Virus record (IMG/VR): IMGVR_UViG_3300017766_001347
Location: 1 to 63,032 of that record
From: a virus
Lineage: Duplodnaviria; Caudoviricetes
Direction: 5' to 3' (one strand)
DNA length: 63,032 nt
The notes beneath the pieces are model-generated. The model did no database searches, was not told the origin of the DNA, and worked only from the letters and a program-made list of their open reading frames with translations. The position numbers and the translations under genes are program-made. Shown here one piece after another: positions 57,987-63,032 of this stretch (position 1 is the stretch's first letter; the number at the start of each line of letters is the position of its first letter).

Positions 57987-59657
57987 ATGGAAGATTTCAA
58001 GCGTTTTTCATTGCCCAAAGCCGAAAAATCGGCTCCTAAACCCCTCCCGTTTTCGGAGGGGCGGTACGGTTTTGGGGCAAACTTTACACTTACGCACAGA
58101 ATCAAAGGCACCGATTACCGTATCGGTGACACTTTCACCTACATTTCCGAAACAGATTCCCGTCACCGTGATCCTTATATTCTGAAAATCGGGGACGGAA
58201 TAGGGGAAACATGTTTCATTGATCCCAAGGGCAGGGCAGTGATACTGTCGGCGGATGTTGGTGTAGTAAACACTATATTTGAATATAAAGAACTGCCCCC
58301 CAAAACAGTGGTGCTATCGGAGGTAGATGAGTATACTCCTCCCCAATCCCCTGTATTCATTACAGAAAACCAATTCACAGAATTCCGAAAGGGGCTGGCT
58401 ACAGTTCTTACGGAGATTGCCTCCATCGTTCCAGAAAAGGGCGACCGTGGTGATCGTGGAGATCGCGGCGAAAAAGGTGATCCGGGCGAACCCGGAGCGC
58501 AGGGGCTTCCCGGTGAACCCGGAGTCCCCGGCATTCAGGGTGAAAAAGGCGAAAAAGGAGAACCCGGAGAACGGGGAGAAAAAGGAGAAAAAGGTGATAC
58601 AGGAAACAAAGGCGAAACTGGAGAACGCGGTACTAAAGGCGAAAAGGGTGATCGTGGAGAAGTGGGCCCTCGCGGTGAACGCGGTGAAAAGGGTGCTGAC
58701 GGTAATCCGGGACGCGATGGTGCAGACGGTAAACCGGGTAAAGACGGTCGTGACGGGAAGCCCGGTGCAAAAGGCGCAAAAGGCGCAAAAGGTGAAAAGG
58801 GTGAAAAAGGTGATCGGGGCGAAACAGGCAAGCCGGGTGAAAAAGGTGAGAAAGGTGACCAAGGGCTAAAAGGAGAAAAGGGAGATAGAGGAGAAAAAGG
58901 TGACACGGGACTACTGACCGCCAAGTTCCCGCTTGTATACGATCCTAAAGAAAAGTCTGTTGGGATTGACGAAGCGCGTCTTGATAAGATTCTGAAAAAG
59001 ATTCTTGGCGGTGGCAAGGTGTCTGCTGCGGATATGGGATGGCTTGCCTCCACTGGCGGTGGCGGCAAGGTGGCTGTGTATGTGAACGGCGCAAAGATTA
59101 CGCCTGATGTTCGTACATTAGATTTCACGGGCGCAGGAGTCACCGCTAGCAAGGTTGGCGGAAAAGTTACTATTAACTTTACAAGCACGGGTGGTAGTGG
59201 TGGCGGAACCAACTTTTACTATCAGCAAGACGCGCCAACACTGGGAGTCACGATTGGTTCCCGTTGGATGGATTCCGACAACGGGCAAGAGTATGTGTAT
59301 GTGAATGACGGAAACAGCGACCATTGGGTGCAGCCCACCGTGAATCCTTTCTTTGGCCCTGTGACATACGCCACCGCAACCGTAACTGGTGCGACATACG
59401 AAGCCACCGCGCAGGACTACTATATTGGCGTGAGTTACGCGGGAACCCCCACATTGTATCTGCCTTCTGCTCCGGGAACAGGCAGAGAAGTAGTAGTAAA
59501 AGACGAATCAGGAAACGCAGGAGCAGCGAATCGGTACATTACCGTGCGTGGTGCAAGCGGTTCAATCGACACCATAGACAATCAGGCTTCTGCGGTAATC
59601 AACCTAAATAATGCAGGTGTTCACTTCATTTACAGAGGCGGATGGAGAATCATATGA
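57987..59657 (+). CDS. collagen triple-helix repeat virion protein
   Basis: Long Gly-X-Y tract; C-terminal fibre-like domain; CTACATA 5 nt before ATG. Confidence 0.85.
   Translation: MEDFKRFSLPKAEKSAPKPLPFSEGRYGFGANFTLTHRIKGTDYRIGDTFTYISETDSRHRDPYILKIGDGIGETCFIDPKGRAVILSADVGVVNTIFEYKELPPKTVVLSEVDEYTPPQSPVFITENQFTEFRKGLATVLTEIASIVPEKGDRGDRGDRGEKGDPGEPGAQGLPGEPGVPGIQGEKGEKGEPGERGEKGEKGDTGNKGETGERGTKGEKGDRGEVGPRGERGEKGADGNPGRDGADGKPGKDGRDGKPGAKGAKGAKGEKGEKGDRGETGKPGEKGEKGDQGLKGEKGDRGEKGDTGLLTAKFPLVYDPKEKSVGIDEARLDKILKKILGGGKVSAADMGWLASTGGGGKVAVYVNGAKITPDVRTLDFTGAGVTASKVGGKVTINFTSTGGSGGGTNFYYQQDAPTLGVTIGSRWMDSDNGQEYVYVNDGNSDHWVQPTVNPFFGPVTYATATVTGATYEATAQDYYIGVSYAGTPTLYLPSAPGTGREVVVKDESGNAGAANRYITVRGASGSIDTIDNQASAVINLNNAGVHFIYRGGWRII
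58440..58910 (+). repeat. collagen Gly-X-Y repeat (52 uninterrupted triplets)
   Basis: [14 protein letters not shown] 9-nt periodicity. Confidence 0.92.
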
Positions 59658-60889
59658 GTTACCTGTTCAACAACAAGGTTGGTTTCGTTGACAATGCAGT
59701 GGATGCTTTCAACCGTTTGAAGGTTGCCAATCCGTTCACGCTGTTTGACAGCCAACAACGCTATCAGAGAAACGACAAGTGGGATATTTTTGGAGTAACA
59801 GGCGGAACTGCATCCTATGCGATCACTGAGAGTACGGTGAAACTATCTGTGGGTACAACCGTTGGCAGCAAACTCACAACCGAAACCAAGCGTGTATTTC
59901 CGTATCAGCCGGGAAAGTCGCTGCTTGTACTCAACACATTTGCCATGAACACCCCAAAGGAGGGGTTACGGCAGCGGATCGGATATTTTGGAATAACAGG
60001 TGGAGCCACAGCGGGTACTCCGTATAATGGAGTCTATCTACAGCAAGACGGCTTGACTTTATCCTTTTGCTTGGCAAGCGCATCACAGGCAACCACGACC
60101 ACCGTGAACCAATCACAGTGGAACGGCGACAAGTTTAACGGAACTGGAGCGTCAAGCCGAACGCTTGATGTCGCCAAAGGCAACATCTTTTGGACGGATA
60201 TTGAGTGGTTGGGCGTGGGCGATGTGCGTTGCGGATTCTTTGTGGATGGAAAGCCCGTGGTAGCCCATACTTTCCACAACGATAATGTCCACCCCACCAC
60301 ATACATGACCACGGCTGTGCTGCCTATACGATACGAAATAGAAAATACGACCGCACAAGCGGCAGACAGCACACTCACACAAATCTGTTCAAGCGTCATC
60401 AGTGAAGGTGGATACGAAGGCTTTAGCCGCAGATACAATGTGACGCAGAACGATGCAACACTCAAGACTCTGACAACAGCAGGAACGCAGTATCCGATTA
60501 TTGCCTTGAGACTGAATGCCAACAGACTTGACAGCGTGATTGTTCCGTCCAACATCAGTGCTATTGTCCAAGAAACTTCGAACAACAAGCCCAACACTGT
60601 TCAGTACAGAATCCTGTTGAATCCTACCCTGACAGGTGGATCGTGGACTACGCACTACAACGGAAATGTGGACTCCAACACCACTGCAACAGCCGTGTCT
60701 GGCGGAACAGACATTATCGGCGGATACATCAGCAGCAGTGGAGCGTTTTCTGTGTCTGATGTCAATGATTTCAACTTTCAGTTGGGGAGAACACAAACAG
60801 GAGTAAGCGATGTGATTGTATTCACCATGACTCCCATAAACGATGGCGCAAAGATTTGTGCCGACTTCTCTTGGTTTGAGATCGTCTAA
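59654..60889 (+). CDS. putative virion structural protein
   Basis: DAF.RL.V..P.TLFD, YQPGK, WLGVG.VR.GF motifs; CTAAATA at 59604. Confidence 0.72.
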   Translation: MSYLFNNKVGFVDNAVDAFNRLKVANPFTLFDSQQRYQRNDKWDIFGVTGGTASYAITESTVKLSVGTTVGSKLTTETKRVFPYQPGKSLLVLNTFAMNTPKEGLRQRIGYFGITGGATAGTPYNGVYLQQDGLTLSFCLASASQATTTTVNQSQWNGDKFNGTGASSRTLDVAKGNIFWTDIEWLGVGDVRCGFFVDGKPVVAHTFHNDNVHPTTYMTTAVLPIRYEIENTTAQAADSTLTQICSSVISEGGYEGFSRRYNVTQNDATLKTLTTAGTQYPIIALRLNANRLDSVIVPSNISAIVQETSNNKPNTVQYRILLNPTLTGGSWTTHYNGNVDSNTTATAVSGGTDIIGGYISSSGAFSVSDVNDFNFQLGRTQTGVSDVIVFTMTPINDGAKICADFSWFEIV

Positions 60890-62112
60890 TGCCCCTTGAC
60901 TTTCCACCAACACCAGTACTGAATCAAGTTTACTCCCTCGGCGGCAAGTCGTGGAAGTGGAACGGTGCTGCATGGGAAACCTACAACGACAATCTCGGCG
61001 TTGATTTTGTTGAAACGGTAAACGGAATCACTGGCGATGTGTCTGTGGTCGGAGGAACCGACATTTCCGTTAGTTCAAGTGGAAAGAACCTTACTGTTAA
61101 CTACACAGGTTCAAGTGTTTCTAATGTTGTATCATCGTTCAACGGTCGGACTGGTGCCGTGCAAGGTGTATCCGCAGCAGTGGCAAGCACAGGCATCTTT
61201 GTCAGTGGCAGCACAGGCACCGTCACCATCACCAACACGGGTGTTCAGTCATTCAACGGACTTACTGGTTCCATACAAGGCGTTTCTAGTTGGAACGGGC
61301 AGACTGGTGCTGTTCAATTCCACAACTATGTCTCGTCCTTTAATGGTGCAACAGGTGCGGTGGCGGGAGTATCAGCCGTAAACGGCGTAACTGGTGAATT
61401 TACCATCAGATCAGGAATGGGCATAACCCATTCCGTATCAAACAACGGCATATCTCTTGAAATCAACTACATTCGTGGTGGTCAACCGTTTCCGACACTG
61501 ATTGGAGCGAGCGGAAAAGCACTCATGGCTCAGGATAACCTGATGCTTCTGTCATTCAAGAACAGTGGTGCATCTGCTGGCTTTATGTACACTACAAGGA
61601 TTCAAGACTTCTTGGAGAAGTTTGTAGGCGCAAGAGTGGTTGAACCACTTGCAGAAGATCCCTCAACTGCCTCGTTCCTGATGGTTGGAGGTGGTGGAGA
61701 AGGTTATGTAGATTTTGCTTCAATGCCGTTGGTGACTTCGGTAAACGGTAAGACCGGATCAATAGGATTTGTTGCACAGCAGGGCATAACACTGTCCGTG
61801 TCTGGCACTACCACAAGCATAAGCCTTAATTACCTTCAAGGCGCGTCTGCAATTGCCACAACCAAATATCCTGAAAAAGATGATTGGCTTGTTTTGCAGG
61901 ACAATGGTTCTCCGTATTCCATGCAGAGAACACAACTAGGGAATATTTCGTATCTGTTTTTAGGTACACAGCAAACCAAAGGTTCTGGTTCTTTTTTAAG
62001 AATGGTTTCAAACATCAATTCTGGTGCAGGAACAGTGGATGATGAGTACATAACATTCACCGATCTTGCAGATGAATTGGTAGGAATCATAGATGGCGGC
62101 ACATTCGCCTAA
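60889..62112 (+). CDS. tail fibre-like protein with VxSxNGxTG repeats
   Basis: N-terminal LDFP..P..NQ.Y....W.WNG..W; seven NGxTG repeats; C-terminal IDGGTF. Confidence 0.8.
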   Translation: MPLDFPPTPVLNQVYSLGGKSWKWNGAAWETYNDNLGVDFVETVNGITGDVSVVGGTDISVSSSGKNLTVNYTGSSVSNVVSSFNGRTGAVQGVSAAVASTGIFVSGSTGTVTITNTGVQSFNGLTGSIQGVSSWNGQTGAVQFHNYVSSFNGATGAVAGVSAVNGVTGEFTIRSGMGITHSVSNNGISLEINYIRGGQPFPTLIGASGKALMAQDNLMLLSFKNSGASAGFMYTTRIQDFLEKFVGARVVEPLAEDPSTASFLMVGGGGEGYVDFASMPLVTSVNGKTGSIGFVAQQGITLSVSGTTTSISLNYLQGASAIATTKYPEKDDWLVLQDNGSPYSMQRTQLGNISYLFLGTQQTKGSGSFLRMVSNINSGAGTVDDEYITFTDLADELVGIIDGGTFA

Positions 62113-62138
62113 ATACTCTACACAGAGGAAACTAGTAC

Positions 62139-63032
62139 ATGGGAACCACGATCATATTCCGCAGAGGCGAAAACGACCCCACATCAGGGTCGGGACTCAC
62201 GCTTGCCGAACCAGCGTTCAATACCACGCTGAAGACTTTCCATATTGGTTTAGGTCACGGTGTTACTGCGATGTGGGTTGGCGCACCAATCAGCGGCTTG
62301 AGCGCGGAGATTGCAGCAGGCATCACCTACAAGATTCCCACGCTTGCGGCTGTTAAGAACTATATCAGTGGGCTGTGTTTCGGCAACACTGCTGATGGCG
62401 GTGGCGGTGGAGCAGTTTCTTCAGTATCAGGTTCAGGAAACGGCATTTCGGTTTCACCAACCACAGGTGCAGTTGTTGTATCCAATACTGGTGTCCACTC
62501 ATTCAACGGACGCACAGGTGCAGTCACAGGCGCATCGCTTGGTGCAAACACCTTCACGGAACTCAATACATTTAATGCGGGAATTTCTGCCAGCGGAGCC
62601 ACATTTGCTAGCGATATCAGCGTGAACACCATGACGGTTGGTCGCGGAAGTGCTAGCGGTGCTGTATCAAATACTGCTTTGGGAGTCAATGTGTTGGCTG
62701 TGAACAGCGGCACATTCAACACAGGAGTCGGAAACTCTGCTCTAACCGCAAACACGACTGGTGGCTCCAACACAGCGGTGGGAAGACGCGCACTGTTTGT
62801 AAACACCACTGGCTCATCCAACACAGCGATTGGCCAAAATGCGCTCGGTGCGGTCACTGGGGGTGTGTTCAACACCGCGATTGGCCCAAATACTCTGACT
62901 TCAACGACAGTAAGCAACAGTACAGCCGTTGGAGCGGGTTCAATTCAGTTTAATCAGAGCGGCAACTACAACACTGCTGTGGGTGCGTTTGCGGGATCGT
63001 TCTGGGGTGAAGGGTCTACGGCATCCATTTCA
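62139..63032 (+). CDS. tail fibre/adhesin protein, runs off the window end (not in ORF track)
   Basis: MGTTIIFRRG...LAEPAF N-terminus; NTAVG..AL..NTTG YadA-head-like repeats; SD GAGG; CTAAATA at 62109. Confidence 0.82.
   Translation, partial: MGTTIIFRRGENDPTSGSGLTLAEPAFNTTLKTFHIGLGHGVTAMWVGAPISGLSAEIAAGITYKIPTLAAVKNYISGLCFGNTADGGGGGAVSSVSGSGNGISVSPTTGAVVVSNTGVHSFNGRTGAVTGASLGANTFTELNTFNAGISASGATFASDISVNTMTVGRGSASGAVSNTALGVNVLAVNSGTFNTGVGNSALTANTTGGSNTAVGRRALFVNTTGSSNTAIGQNALGAVTGGVFNTAIGPNTLTSTTVSNSTAVGAGSIQFNQSGNYNTAVGAFAGSFWGEGSTASIS

Noticed and set aside
58535-59212. Minus-strand Pro/Ser/Phe-repeat ORFs (also 58314-58862, 58175-58534)
   Set aside because: Antisense shadows of the collagen Gly-X-Y codons
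1-63032. tRNA, rRNA, CRISPR array, integrase or IS element
   Set aside because: Intergenic gaps are very short; I saw no cloverleaf, repeat-spacer array, recombinase or transposase
1-63032. Stop-codon reassignment
   Set aside because: Core genes are full length under the standard code, and TAA, TGA and TAG all terminate genes
60889-63032. Diversity-generating retroelement acting on the fibre genes
   Set aside because: No reverse transcriptase or template/variable repeat pair is visible in the window

Overview
This window is a 63 kb, densely coded, all-plus-strand segment of a large T4-like myovirus genome, with gene order resembling cyanophage/aquatic T4-like phages; the host cannot be determined from the window. 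It runs: neck/tail/packaging/head module (gp13-gp23, gp3); recombination, late transcription and replication genes (uvsY, dCMP deaminase, uvsW, gp55, gp47/46, rnh, gp45/44/62, regA); then an ~18 kb, 22-gene glycan-biosynthesis island. The island holds GT2, GT47, GT32, GT25, GT10 and GT4-like glycosyltransferases, a GT2-TPR enzyme, epimerases, methyltransferases and an unusual RibB/kinase/nucleotidyltransferase/HAD/aldolase module. After it come a nucleotide/DNA-modification cluster (dUTPase, DUF1599-like, UvsE, i-type lysozyme, SpeD, Mom-like, DNA methylase, HNH, GroES), the replication core (gp43, uvsX, gp41, gp61, thyX) and collagen/tail-fibre genes. Best candidate for an undescribed system (inference): a late-expressed virion protein O-glycosylation system, with a recurrent Gly-x-Thr motif in surface loops of many structural proteins as the possible acceptor. 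It may include a RibB-plus-aldolase route to a branched ketose nucleotide sugar. All calls come from motif recognition and synteny; no database searches were run.
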